64,000 nt of DNA from an uncultured Verrucomicrobiae bacterium (GCA_963806855.1 CAWDYW010000001.1:992001-1056000); one strand, 5' to 3'; positions 47,537-57,549 are shown, counted from the first letter of the stretch. Notes: generated by a model not told the origin, from the sequence alone. Translations and numbers: made by a program.

Positions 47537-49736
47537 CGAAGGCGCCGTCCCAGTCGGGGCCAGGGGGATTCGTACGCATAAATGCAATACGCTCAAGATA
47601 CACTTCGTATAACTCTTTGCTCGCAGGATGTTCCTGGCTAAGTTTTTTGAACCGCGCTTCGGCTTCATCCCATTGTTGATGAAAATAGAGCTCTAACGCC
47701 TCATGGTGGGCATCTAACTCCTGTTTCAACTCGGGTGTGAGTTCTTGGATGAGGCAAATCGGTGTGTAGATCTCCCCACCCATCCGTTTCCCTTTCACTT
47801 TCAGCTTGTCGAGCTTCCGATAGGCAAAATCATTTTTTGTATGGTTGTAGGTATTTTCACCGACAATAATCCCAACATGATAGAACTTGGTTTGCCCTTC
47901 TAAGCGCGAAGCTAAATTGACTGTATCGCCGAGGACCGTATAGGCGCGACGGAATTTCGAGCCCATATCGCCGACGTTCATGATCCCGGTGTTGATCCCT
48001 ACCCCGATTTTAATGCGAGGTTTCTTCTGGCTTTCGAAAACGTCATTGAGCTTGGCGAGGGTGGTCTGCAGGGCTAGGCCGGCTGTGACCGCATTGTAGA
48101 CTTGGCGGGGATCATCAAGCGGAGCTCCCCAGAACGCCATCACCATGTCTCCCACATACTTGTCGATCGTCCCTTTATGATTGAAGATGACCTCGGTGAT
48201 CGGGGTGAGGTACATATTGAGAAATTGCTTGAGCTCTGTAGCGGTCATCTTTTCTGAGACAGAGGTAAAACTGCGGATATCGGAGAAAAGGACCGATAGC
48301 TCTTTACTTTCGCCATCTAAGCTAAATTCGCCTCCCTGTTTGATCATATTGTCGAGATAGGCAGGGGGGACATACTGGCCGAACATCGATTTCAAATTTT
48401 TGGATCGCTTCGATTCAAAAAGGTATCCCCAAACGAGGTTGAGGACAAATAGGAGAAGAACCAGGGCGATGGGAAAGAAAATCGAAATGACGATTCCCTG
48501 CGTACTCCATAGCCAAGAGTTTCCGAAAATGAGGGCTGCTAGAACAAGGAGACTGAGAAGACAAATGGCAAAAACGCCTAAAAAGGGAAGGATAAGGGCA
48601 TAGAGGGTTCCAACGACAATTATGACTAATAGGGTGACCCCTCGCCCCCAAGAGGGTTTGTATGGCAAATAGTGATCGATTATCCCCGCGGCGACGTTGG
48701 CATGCACCTCAATTCCTGGAAAAACTGCAGCTATCGCCGCAGGTCTAATATCTCCAAGTGCGGTGGCATCCGAACCTATGAAGAGTAATTTGCCTTCAAG
48801 CTGCTCTTTGGGGACTTGATCATTCAAAACATCGACAGCTGAGATATAGGGAAAAGTGTAAGCGGGCCCCCGAAAGGGAATGAGCATCCTTCCTGTTGCA
48901 TCTGTGGGGATAAACTCTTGATCTAACTTTATCCCCTCTAATACGGAGATTTCTTTATATTTGGCGGTCACCAATTCAGTTTTTCCTACCAGAAGATAAA
49001 GGGAAACAGCTTGCAGCCCTAATGAACCATAGAGGGCCGAGCCATATCTATACACCAAAGGGGTGAATCTCAGAACTCCATCTGGATCGGGGGTTGCATT
49101 GATAAATCCTTCAGTTTTAGCCGATTTAGCAAGTAGCTCAATATTCGCTAAATAGGTCTTTCCCTCAGGGATCGCTAACTTCATCTGCTCGGGTGTCAGC
49201 TGAAGAATCGGGGTGGGTAAAGTTCCAGTGTTTTCTCCCTCTTGCTTAAATACGATGCCCAATATCGAATCACCTAATTGGAGGCTTCTGGCTAGCAGGG
49301 CATCATAATCGAAGTGCTCTTTGACTTTGTCTAATTGAGGAGTGATTTGGGGAAGTTGTTTTAAGACCTTTTCAGCTATGTTTTCTTCAACATCAGGAAA
49401 AGTCACATCGAAGGCGACGACTGTAGCCCCATTTTTATAGAGATTAGTCAAGAGCTTGGCAAATTTATCGCGTGGCCAAGGCCATCGCCCTTCTGCTTTT
49501 AGGCTTTTATCATCGATGGCGATAATCGAAACCAGGTTAGTTTTTCCAAGAGGCTTATGCATTTGTCGCAATTGGATATCGTAACCGAGGTTCTCAAGCG
49601 AAGCGACCCAGGTGCCGATCGGCTCCACTTTGATAAAAAAGAGTCCTGAGGTTAGAAAGACGAGGAATAGGCCAAAGGTAAGCCGAACAATCTTCTCTTT
49701 TCGGAGGGAGAGAAAGCGAAATAATTTTTTAAGCAT
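47520..49736 (-). CDS. CHASE2-domain membrane class III adenylate cyclase
   Basis: IAIDDKSL...GRWPWPR, DPDGVLR, PGIEVHA (CHASE2), three TMs, FSDIRSFT, IDKYVGD, YTVLGDTVNLASRLE. Confidence 0.93.
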   Translation of the reverse strand: MLKKLFRFLSLRKEKIVRLTFGLFLVFLTSGLFFIKVEPIGTWVASLENLGYDIQLRQMHKPLGKTNLVSIIAIDDKSLKAEGRWPWPRDKFAKLLTNLYKNGATVVAFDVTFPDVEENIAEKVLKQLPQITPQLDKVKEHFDYDALLARSLQLGDSILGIVFKQEGENTGTLPTPILQLTPEQMKLAIPEGKTYLANIELLAKSAKTEGFINATPDPDGVLRFTPLVYRYGSALYGSLGLQAVSLYLLVGKTELVTAKYKEISVLEGIKLDQEFIPTDATGRMLIPFRGPAYTFPYISAVDVLNDQVPKEQLEGKLLFIGSDATALGDIRPAAIAAVFPGIEVHANVAAGIIDHYLPYKPSWGRGVTLLVIIVVGTLYALILPFLGVFAICLLSLLVLAALIFGNSWLWSTQGIVISIFFPIALVLLLFVLNLVWGYLFESKRSKNLKSMFGQYVPPAYLDNMIKQGGEFSLDGESKELSVLFSDIRSFTSVSEKMTATELKQFLNMYLTPITEVIFNHKGTIDKYVGDMVMAFWGAPLDDPRQVYNAVTAGLALQTTLAKLNDVFESQKKPRIKIGVGINTGIMNVGDMGSKFRRAYTVLGDTVNLASRLEGQTKFYHVGIIVGENTYNHTKNDFAYRKLDKLKVKGKRMGGEIYTPICLIQELTPELKQELDAHHEALELYFHQQWDEAEARFKKLSQEHPASKELYEVYLERIAFMRTNPPGPDWDGAFVSHEK

Positions 49737-49793
49737 ATTTTTCTCTTACCTTTTCTATCCTTAAATTTAAAGGTTTTGATAGAATAACCCTCT

Positions 49794-50858
49794 ATGGAGC
49801 ATTTTCTCATTGTCAAGACCTCGGCTATCGGCGATGTCATTCAAAGCTTTCATGTTGCCCAGCTCTTAAAAAGTCGCTTCCCCCATTGCAAGGTCGATTG
49901 GGTAGTGGAGAAGGGGATTGCGCCGCTGCTTCGGGCCCACCCGCTCATCGATCGGGTACTGGAAATCGACACCAAACTCTGGCGCAAAACCCCCCTAAAA
50001 TCGTTGGCTTCCATAGGCGCATTTGTAAAGGAGCTGCGTCAAAAAAATTACGATGCCCTCTTTGATCTGCAATCCAACTCCAAGTCGGCTGTCATCACAA
50101 TGCTCGCTAAAGCGAGAAAGAAGGTAGGGTATGGGTGGCAAGCGGTCAAAGAAAAGCCCAATTACTTCGCGACGAATGTCCATCTACCCATTAGGGAGGT
50201 CAATGTCCGGAGCAAATATGCGGCGCTGATCGAGAATTTCTTCGGCCCGCAAGAAAATCCTGAGACTCAATATCTTAAAATGAACCTCACAGAGGAAGAG
50301 GAGGGACGGCTTCACCACCTTGCCAACATAACCTCTGACCGCCCCCGGATAATGGTCTGTTTTGGGTCAAACTGGGAAAATAAAAAGCTCTCTATCGAAA
50401 CTCTCAAGCGTTTTCTGAGCCTTATCCCCGATGCGCCTATATTTCTCTTTATCTATGGAAACGGAGCGGAAAAAAGTGTTGCAGAAGAGCTAGAAAGGGA
50501 ATTTTCAGGCCATGGACATGCAGTTGGGGGAATGAGCCTACCCCTATGGCAGAGACTGATGTGGGAGGTCGACGCGATGATCACCATGGACTCTGCTTCG
50601 CTCCATCTCTGCGCAACGACCCCGACCCCCACCTTCAGCCTCTTCGGCCCTTCCTATGCGGCCGCCTTTAAGCCATTAGGGGAGAGTCACTATGCCTTCC
50701 AAGGAAGTTGCCCCTATGGAGAACGATTTGACAACCGGTGCTCGAAATTGCGCACCTGCAAAACGGGCGCCTGCTTGAAAGAGGTGACAGCTCAAGAGCT
50801 CATGGCCCATTTCGAATCGTTTTGGAGCAACATCGTCACTTTGCGGACGATCTCCTGA
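49794..50858 (+). CDS. waaC: Glycosyltransferase family 9, LPS heptosyltransferase I-like
   Basis: LIVKTSAIGDVI, DWVVE, DLQ, DSASLH, LFGPS. Confidence 0.75.
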   Translation: MEHFLIVKTSAIGDVIQSFHVAQLLKSRFPHCKVDWVVEKGIAPLLRAHPLIDRVLEIDTKLWRKTPLKSLASIGAFVKELRQKNYDALFDLQSNSKSAVITMLAKARKKVGYGWQAVKEKPNYFATNVHLPIREVNVRSKYAALIENFFGPQENPETQYLKMNLTEEEEGRLHHLANITSDRPRIMVCFGSNWENKKLSIETLKRFLSLIPDAPIFLFIYGNGAEKSVAEELEREFSGHGHAVGGMSLPLWQRLMWEVDAMITMDSASLHLCATTPTPTFSLFGPSYAAAFKPLGESHYAFQGSCPYGERFDNRCSKLRTCKTGACLKEVTAQELMAHFESFWSNIVTLRTIS

Positions 50859-51262
50859 GTGTCGAAGAAGATCTCTTCGTGGGTTTTCAATGCCTCTATT
50901 TCTTCCTGTGAGAACCACCTTCCATCTTGCAGCGCGCCCCCAACAGGTCTGGCTATAAAGATAAAATCGATATGCTCGTGGGCCGGTTGATTGCCGAAGG
51001 AGGGGATCGACTCAACAAGACAACAAAAAGGGCGGGGGATGCTTTTGGAATTCCATTCGGCCGTCCAGAGGTTTTCTTGGGTTAAAAACTCAACCTCCAG
51101 CCCGGTCTCTTCACGCACTTCCCGGATAGCCGCTTCGGGAGGAGTCTCATCCTTTTCCAGATGGCCGCCTGGGGGGAGCCATTTTTTCAATTTAGGGTGG
51201 AAAAGGAGTAAAAATTTATTTTGATCGGTGATGAAACAAGTTGAAACGAATTGTCTTTCCAT
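50792..51262 (-). CDS. NUDIX hydrolase
   Basis: GGHLEKDETPPEAAIREVREETGL Nudix box. Confidence 0.92.
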   Translation of the reverse strand: MERQFVSTCFITDQNKFLLLFHPKLKKWLPPGGHLEKDETPPEAAIREVREETGLEVEFLTQENLWTAEWNSKSIPRPFCCLVESIPSFGNQPAHEHIDFIFIARPVGGALQDGRWFSQEEIEALKTHEEIFFDTQEIVRKVTMLLQNDSKWAMSS

Positions 51263-51298
51263 ATGCCATATGATAAAATATTTGCAGGAGAAAATAAA

Positions 51299-51913
51299 AT
51301 GGAAAGTTTTAAAGAGCTGATCGAAATTTCAGACATCCTCAATAGCCCGGAAGGCTGCCCCTGGGATCAGAAGCAAACCTTTGCATCGCTACGGCCCTAT
51401 GTCCTGGAGGAGGCCCATGAGGTCCTCGAAGCTGTCGACAAAGAGGACATTGGCGAGATGATCGAAGAGCTGGGCGATCTATTTTACACCGTCATCTTCT
51501 ATGCCAAAGTGGCCGAGAGGGAGAAAAAGTTTACCATGAGCGACATCATTGAGGCGCTCAAGGCAAAACTGATTCGGCGTCATCCCCACGTTTTCGGCGA
51601 AGAAAAAGCGCAGTCGGTGGACGATGTGATCAAGACTTGGAATCGAGTCAAAGGGGAGGAGAAGAAAGATCGCAAGAGCGCCTTGGATGGAATTCCCAAA
51701 ACGCTACCCAGTCTTCAGCGGGCCCAAAAAATTCTGAAGAAAATGAAAAGCAGCCCACAAAATGGGAACGAGTTTAAGGATCGGGGTCAGCAACTGGCTC
51801 AAGCGATCTATGCGATCGTCCAGACCGCCAATGAAGAAGAGATCGATCTGGAAAGCGCCTTTAGAGAATTCTTAAGTGCCCAAGAAAACGCCTTTAGGGA
51901 ATTGGAGGTATAA
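51299..51913 (+). CDS. mazG: MazG-family nucleotide pyrophosphohydrolase
   Basis: GCPWDQKQT, EEAHE, EELGDL, KLIRRHPHVF; CAGGAG SD before ATG 51299. Confidence 0.9.
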   Translation: MESFKELIEISDILNSPEGCPWDQKQTFASLRPYVLEEAHEVLEAVDKEDIGEMIEELGDLFYTVIFYAKVAEREKKFTMSDIIEALKAKLIRRHPHVFGEEKAQSVDDVIKTWNRVKGEEKKDRKSALDGIPKTLPSLQRAQKILKKMKSSPQNGNEFKDRGQQLAQAIYAIVQTANEEEIDLESAFREFLSAQENAFRELEV

Positions 51914-51971
51914 TACCAGGGCACACACGAGGCTCTTGCAGTCAAGTCAGCCTTAAGTTAATGTGAGCATT

Positions 51972-52940
51972 ATGAGGAAAATTCCTTTTATTGCTTTCGC
52001 ATGTGCTGCGGCTTCTCTCTATGGACACGACTATTATTGTCCGAGCAATGATATCGTCCTTTTTGCAGACTATGCCTATTTGACTCGGTCTTCGATCCGC
52101 GATTTTCCCTTAGTGAGGAATACAAGCACCGCCACCAACCCCAAGACCATTTTAGATACCGAAGATATGGTGGATGCGATGGGCAATGAGTCGGCGATTA
52201 AGGTCGGAATACTCTGGGATCATAATGCCTTTGATTCCATCGAGCTCTTCTACACCTATGTCCGCCCCTGGCATTCGAAGAAAACCTTCGATAATCCAGG
52301 GGTACTCAGTTATGCCTTCAAGGATTTTGCCACTGTCCTCAATGGCTTTTTCGATGCTGACACAGCCGTTGCCAAATACAGCTCCTGGCTGCAGAATGCC
52401 GAGTTCAATTACTGGATTCATGTCACCCCTCAATATGTCGATTATTTTTCGTTCTCATGGGATATGGGACTTCGCTACATCTCTTTGCAAGAGCATTTTA
52501 GCCTCCGCTTTATTCATCCCACTGCAGAGGCCCATTATGCAGTGAAAACAAACAACAATCTCTATGGCGTTCAGCTAGGCGCTGTGCTTGAGGTCAATCC
52601 GACCGATTACTGGACCTGGACCTTCATGGTCAAGACGGCAGCTTTTGCCAACAAAGCCAACGATCATGTCCTGATTACCGATCCGACCGATGCCAATGCC
52701 CCTCCGAACAAGTCAAAACATAAGCTGGTCCCAACAGGTCTTGTTGAGGGATATTTGTCGCTTGCCTTTCACCCCTCTTCTTTCTTGAGCTTCCATGTCG
52801 GCTATGATGGTTTTCTTCTGTTTGGACTTGCCCTGGCTCCTGAACAGAGAGCACTAAGCACCAGCCGCTCCATTGGCCTACGGGCAAATGGGCAGATTGT
52901 GGTTAATGGCTTTTATTTGGGCGTGAGTTTGAGATACTAA
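51972..52940 (+). CDS. Outer-membrane beta-barrel (porin-like) protein
   Basis: Signal peptide, amphipathic strands (GLRYISLQE, NNLYGVQLG), terminal GFYLGVSLRY beta-signal. Confidence 0.7.
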   Translation: MRKIPFIAFACAAASLYGHDYYCPSNDIVLFADYAYLTRSSIRDFPLVRNTSTATNPKTILDTEDMVDAMGNESAIKVGILWDHNAFDSIELFYTYVRPWHSKKTFDNPGVLSYAFKDFATVLNGFFDADTAVAKYSSWLQNAEFNYWIHVTPQYVDYFSFSWDMGLRYISLQEHFSLRFIHPTAEAHYAVKTNNNLYGVQLGAVLEVNPTDYWTWTFMVKTAAFANKANDHVLITDPTDANAPPNKSKHKLVPTGLVEGYLSLAFHPSSFLSFHVGYDGFLLFGLALAPEQRALSTSRSIGLRANGQIVVNGFYLGVSLRY

Positions 52941-52958
52941 GAGATACTAAAGAAAAAA

Positions 52959-53054
52959 GCTGGAGATGATTCTCAGCAACGAGACCTTTCCTTAAGGCTG
53001 CTACCTTCCGGTCCTGACCTGGTTCGGATGCCTCGAATCCAAGAGATCCCCAGC
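52959..53054 (-). ncRNA. ffs: Signal recognition particle (4.5S) RNA
   Basis: Minus strand carries the helix-8 motif gaaccaggtcaggaccggaaggtagcagcc; ends gctgg.../...ccagc pair; U-tract downstream; TGnTATAAT at 53074-53066. Confidence 0.95.
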
Positions 53055-53147
53055 AAAAAAATTACATTATAGCACATCCCCTATTTTTTTCTGCGACTAT
53101 ATGAGACCTCTCTATGTCGCAATGAGAAATAGTTCTGTAGAAACAGC

Positions 53148-53492
53148 TTACGCGATCGCTTGTCTTACAATCCCAATATTTTGTTTGATTGGAAGGAATT
53201 TGCCATTCTTGATGATGGGCTGTATTTGTTCATGCTTATATTCATTTTCTTCAACCCATAAATCGTAATTTTGCTGTAAGTTTAACCAAAGCTGTGGAGT
53301 CGTATCGAATGCTTCCGCTAAAGCTATTGCGATGGCAGGAGTAATGCTTGCCCTACCAGACCTAATCTTAAATAAAGTGTTTCGAGCAATACGTAGTCTA
53401 TCAGCAAGCATCTGCAAATTTAGCCCAAGAGGCTTAATATAAAGTTCATCAAGTATTTTTCCTGGATGATTGGGTTTTCTTTTTGTTGCCAT
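53148..53492 (-). CDS. higA: HigA-family antitoxin
   Basis: HPGKIL, HTH, TTPQLWLNLQQNYDL. Confidence 0.93.
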   Translation of the reverse strand: MATKRKPNHPGKILDELYIKPLGLNLQMLADRLRIARNTLFKIRSGRASITPAIAIALAEAFDTTPQLWLNLQQNYDLWVEENEYKHEQIQPIIKNGKFLPIKQNIGIVRQAIA

Positions 53493-53505
53493 AATTAACT
53501 TTCCT

Positions 53506-53787
53506 CTAGTGGTAATCTATTAAATCTATATCATGAGCTTCGCCATTTTCAAAGCGAAAAATGATTCTCCAATTACCGCTCACGCTAACCGAATGAAATA
53601 GTCTCAAATCGCCCCTTAAGGGGTGCAAATTCGACCCAGGGAAGTTCATATCTTTAACTTCCAAAGCATTATCAAGCAGGTCTAAAATAAGCTCAATTTT
53701 ATTAGTGTGGGCTGGTTGAATTCCTGCCTTGATCCCCGATTCAAAAAACTTCTTCAGTCCCTTATTCTTAAATGTCTTAATCGTCAC
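53506..53787 (-). CDS. higB: HigB (RelE-like) toxin; GTG start preferred
   Basis: IKTFKNKGLKKFFE, LHPLRGD, VSGNWRIIFRF, DYH end; ATG 53808 lies within the -10 box. Confidence 0.92.
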   Translation of the reverse strand: MTIKTFKNKGLKKFFESGIKAGIQPAHTNKIELILDLLDNALEVKDMNFPGSNLHPLRGDLRLFHSVSVSGNWRIIFRFENGEAHDIDLIDYH

Positions 53788-53806
53788 GAAACTCTCATTT
53801 GCTCTC

Positions 53807-53836
53807 ATTGTAACCTACTTGGTTACATTTTGTCAA
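53807..53836 (-). promoter_or_regulatory. higBA promoter with palindromic operator
   Basis: TTGACA-N18-TACAAT; palindrome tgtaacc-N5-ggttaca at 53809-53827 overlaps spacer and -10. Confidence 0.75.
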
Positions 53837-53961
53837 ATGATCCGGTTATCTAAAATCTGCCCAGCTCAACGTGCTTATTACTTTAACCCATTCTAATTCA
53901 GCGAGTAAGATTATTTCAAAATCCTTCTATAATTTTTTTAGATCCCGCTTCCATGGTTGCC

Positions 53962-55506
53962 CTATAAGGTTAGAGGGTTGCCCTCAACAAGGCATTTATT
54001 CTGCTGAGAGAACTGAAGGATCCATTCAGGTAACGAGTTGAGTTGGTTGTAGCTGAGATGGAGCCATCTTAGCTGAGAGAGCTGACTGAGCTCTAGAGGT
54101 ATCGAGGTGAGTTGGTTGTGGTTGAGATTGAGCTCTCTTAGCTTAGAAAGCCGACCGAGTTGCGGAGGTATCGAGGTGAGTTGGTTGTTTTTGAGATAGA
54201 GCGATTCTAGCTGCGAGAGCTGACCGATGTGCTCAGGTATCGCGGTGAGTTTATTGTCGCCGAGATCGAGTTTTTTTAGCTGAGAGAGCTGACCGATCTG
54301 CTCAGGTATTGCGGTGAGTTGGTTGTTGCTGAGATAGAGCGATTCTAGCTGCGAGAGCTGACCGATGTGCTTAGGTATCGCGGTGAGTTTATTGTTACAG
54401 AGATCGAGTTTTTCTAGTTGAGAGAGCTGACCGATCTGCTCAGGTACCGAGGTGAGTTTATTGTTACAGAGATCGAGATATTGTAGCTGAGAGAGCTGAC
54501 CGATCTGCTCAGGTATCGCGGTGAGTTTATTGTTACAGAGATCGAGTTTTTCTAGCTGAGAGAGCTGACCGATCTGCTCAGGTAGTGAGGTGAGTTTGTT
54601 GGAGCTGAGATTGACCTTTTCTAGGTTAGAGAGCTGACCAATCTGCTCAGGCAAAGAGGTGAGATGATCGGATACGAGAACGAGAGCTGTCAATTGAATA
54701 AGTTCATGTTGATTTGCATTAAACCATGCATCAAATTCTCTAGACTTGGTGATGATGTCCTCTTCAGTATTTAACTCAGGGAGGTTTGGGCCTGGTAAAT
54801 TTGCAGAAGCAGCCAATCCTTGCCATACAATAAGAGTATCTCTAGCTTTCAGCAGGGTAACATTTCGGACATGCCATTCAGGATAGCATCTCGCCTTTGC
54901 GATTGTCTCTTGAGTGGTTAGATTATAAATCTCACCAGGCCCCTTTAAATTTAGACGAGGAAAATCATCATTAATTCTGTTAGTTAACTTGCTCCATCTA
55001 CGGAGGTCTTTTCGTGCCTGGAGCCATTCTTGGATGGTGTTTATCTGATCAATGGTAGGTCCTTTTAAGCTTTGAGTAATATCATTTGGTCGATTTTTAA
55101 TCGCCATAGCTTTTTTTTGTATGCGACGAATAAAATCCAGTACTTGCTTAAAGATGGGATGATCACTAGTCCTGTCGATGGGGCAATTGATTCGTTTAGC
55201 GATGGAGCTCCAGATTTGGGAATTGGATACTTGTGCATTTGCAGTTGTGGATGTAAGACTGAATTCGGCCAATTCAGGGAGATCAAAGAATGTGAGCAAA
55301 AGTATTTTAAGGTTCAGGTCTGGCAACTCATCGAAAACAAAACCTGAGCTTGGAGAAGGAGGAGCCTCTGATTTTCCAAGGTTTTTTTCAGAGACGCTTT
55401 GCACTTTTTCACTCAGGGTAGAAGGTGTAGAAGCTTTTTGCTCAACCGCAGATTGACGGACAAAAGGTTCGAAGGGGTACCGATTAGTGACTGGAGTTGC
55501 GCTCAT
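53962..55506 (-). CDS. F-box-like + LRR protein, copy 1 (10 LRRs)
   Basis: S/T/P-rich N-terminus, FDELPDLNLKILLLTFFDLPEL...W F-box-like segment, 23-aa LRRs. Confidence 0.9.
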   Translation of the reverse strand: MSATPVTNRYPFEPFVRQSAVEQKASTPSTLSEKVQSVSEKNLGKSEAPPSPSSGFVFDELPDLNLKILLLTFFDLPELAEFSLTSTTANAQVSNSQIWSSIAKRINCPIDRTSDHPIFKQVLDFIRRIQKKAMAIKNRPNDITQSLKGPTIDQINTIQEWLQARKDLRRWSKLTNRINDDFPRLNLKGPGEIYNLTTQETIAKARCYPEWHVRNVTLLKARDTLIVWQGLAASANLPGPNLPELNTEEDIITKSREFDAWFNANQHELIQLTALVLVSDHLTSLPEQIGQLSNLEKVNLSSNKLTSLPEQIGQLSQLEKLDLCNNKLTAIPEQIGQLSQLQYLDLCNNKLTSVPEQIGQLSQLEKLDLCNNKLTAIPKHIGQLSQLESLYLSNNQLTAIPEQIGQLSQLKKLDLGDNKLTAIPEHIGQLSQLESLYLKNNQLTSIPPQLGRLSKLRELNLNHNQLTSIPLELSQLSQLRWLHLSYNQLNSLPEWILQFSQQNKCLVEGNPLTL

Positions 55507-55533
55507 ATTATCTCTATTAAAAATTATGGAATG

Positions 55534-55563
55534 ACTCTATCAAGAATGATTGGAAATTGTCAA
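55534..55563 (-). promoter_or_regulatory. Candidate promoter of LRR copy 1
   Basis: TTGACA-N18-TAGAGT; equivalent motifs precede copies 2 and 3. Confidence 0.5.
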
Positions 55564-55761
55564 TATAAGCATGCCAATGAAGGTTGATATGTTTAATTAT
55601 TTGAAATCCTTTTCATAGCGTAGGGGTAGATCCTGTTTCCATGGACAATAGCTGTTGCAAAAAGTCGATTCATGCAACCTTACATTTCCAACCGATGCCT
55701 ATGCCCCTTCCAATGTGTAGCAAATAGAAATATCTCCTTAGAAATGATAAAAAATACTTTA

Positions 55762-57435
55762 TCAAAAGAGCATCGGTTGTATCCGTGAGACGAAAGAACT
55801 AAGGTGATTAGCAGCAGAGGACAAAGCATGTAGAGCAACTTCTTGATAGCGGTAAATCCCATAGCTGGCCATAGCTACGGCTAATGCGGAAATAGCAACT
55901 TTATGCTCCTTAGCAAAAATGGTTGCCCTATGTTTTAAGGAGAATAGGTTGCCCGCAATGTTGAATCCATTCAAATAAGCATGATTTTGGATCTCTTCTG
56001 GCGGAGAGGGCTGGCCAACTTCCTTAGGAATCGTCAGGTCTGGTGAATTATTGCTAAGATTGAGATTTCTAATCTTAGAGAGCACATCGATCTGCTCAGG
56101 TTTTAAAGTGAGTCGATTATTGCTGAGATCGAGCCTTTCTAGCTTAGGGAGCTGACCGATCTGCTCAGGTAACGAGGTGAGTTGGTTGTAGCCGAGATCG
56201 AGATCACTTAGCTGGGAGAGCTGACCGATCTGCTCAGGTATCGAGGTGAGTTCGTTGTTGCGGAGACAGAGCTTTTTTAGCTGAGAGAGCTGACTGAGCT
56301 GCTGAGGTATCGAGGTGAGTTGGTTCCAGCCGAGATGGAGGTTTTCTAGCTGAGAGAGCTGACTGAGCTGCCGAGGTATCGAGGTGAGTTGGTTGAAGCC
56401 GAGATTGAGCTTTTCTAGTTGAGAGAGCTGACCGATCTGCTCAGGTATCGAGGTGAGATTATTGCAGACGAGATCGAGCTTTTCTAGCTTAGAGAGCTGA
56501 CCGATCTGCTCAGGTATCGAGGTAAGTTTATTGCCGCCGAGATCGAGCTTTTCTAGCTGAGAGAGCTGACCGATCTGCTCAGGTATCGAGGTGAGTTTTT
56601 TGTTGGCGAGGTTGAGAACTATCAATTGAATAAGCTCATTATGATTTGCATTAAACCATGCATCAAATTCACTAGACTTGGTGATGATGTCCTCTTTAGT
56701 ATTTAACTCAGCGAGGTTTGGGCCTGGCAAATTTGCAGAAGCAGCCAATTGTCGCCATACAATAAGATTATCCCTAGCATTCAGCAGGGTAGCATTTTGG
56801 GTATGCCATTCACGATAGACAATTGCTTTTGCGATTGTCTCTTGAGTGGTTAGATTGTCAATCGCACCCGGACCTTCTAAATTTAGGCCAGGAAATTCTC
56901 CATTAATTCTGTCAGTTAACTTGAGCCAGTAAAAGAGGGCCTTGCTTGTCTGGAGCCATTTTTGGATAGTGTTTATCTGATCAATGGTTGGTCCTTTTAA
57001 GCTTTGAGTAATATCATTTGGTCGATTTTCAATCGCCATAGCTTTTTTTTGTATGCGACCAATAAAATCCAGTACCTGCTTAAAGATCGGACGATCAGAA
57101 GCCTTGTCGATGGGGCAATTGATTCGTTTGGCGATTGAATTCCAGATTTGGAAATCGGATGCTAGTGCATTTGCAGTTGTGGATGTGAGGCTGAATTCGG
57201 CCAGCTCAGGGAGATCAAAGAATGTGAGGAAATGAATTTTATACTGGTCCTGCAATTCATCGAAAATAAAACCTTGGGCTGGAGAAGGAAGAGCCTCTGA
57301 TTTTCCAAGGGTTTTTTCAGAGACGCTTTGAACTTTTTCACTAGGGGCAGATGAGGTATAAGCCTTTTGCTTAACAGCTGGTTGACGTATAAAAGGTTCG
57401 AAGGGGTACCGGTTATTGACTGAAATTGCGCTCAT
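55762..57435 (-). CDS. F-box-like + LRR protein, copy 2 (8-9 LRRs, hydrophobic tail)
   Basis: Paralogue of copy 1; tail AISALAVAMASYGIY. Confidence 0.9.
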   Translation of the reverse strand: MSAISVNNRYPFEPFIRQPAVKQKAYTSSAPSEKVQSVSEKTLGKSEALPSPAQGFIFDELQDQYKIHFLTFFDLPELAEFSLTSTTANALASDFQIWNSIAKRINCPIDKASDRPIFKQVLDFIGRIQKKAMAIENRPNDITQSLKGPTIDQINTIQKWLQTSKALFYWLKLTDRINGEFPGLNLEGPGAIDNLTTQETIAKAIVYREWHTQNATLLNARDNLIVWRQLAASANLPGPNLAELNTKEDIITKSSEFDAWFNANHNELIQLIVLNLANKKLTSIPEQIGQLSQLEKLDLGGNKLTSIPEQIGQLSKLEKLDLVCNNLTSIPEQIGQLSQLEKLNLGFNQLTSIPRQLSQLSQLENLHLGWNQLTSIPQQLSQLSQLKKLCLRNNELTSIPEQIGQLSQLSDLDLGYNQLTSLPEQIGQLPKLERLDLSNNRLTLKPEQIDVLSKIRNLNLSNNSPDLTIPKEVGQPSPPEEIQNHAYLNGFNIAGNLFSLKHRATIFAKEHKVAISALAVAMASYGIYRYQEVALHALSSAANHLSSFVSRIQPMLF

Positions 57436-57463
57436 ATTGTCTCGATTTAAAATTAATTGTATA

Positions 57464-57493
57464 ACTCTATCAAAACAAGTAGGTTAAAGTCAA
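57464..57493 (-). promoter_or_regulatory. Candidate promoter of LRR copy 2
   Basis: TTGACT-N18-TAGAGT. Confidence 0.5.
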
Positions 57494-57549
57494 CAATATT
57501 ATTAATTTAGACTAATGTTGTGGGTGCAGATCCAGCTTCCATGATTGCC

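Noticed and set aside
41559..49736. Canonical Pycsar or CBASS defence system
   Set aside because: The cyclase has ATP-specifying residues and a CHASE2 sensor and is not in an operon with the effectors; a defence role is not excluded but unsupported
52931..52950. 10-bp direct repeat gagatactaa at the beta-barrel stop as a target-site duplication
   Set aside because: Adjacent copies with nothing between them; simple slippage suffices
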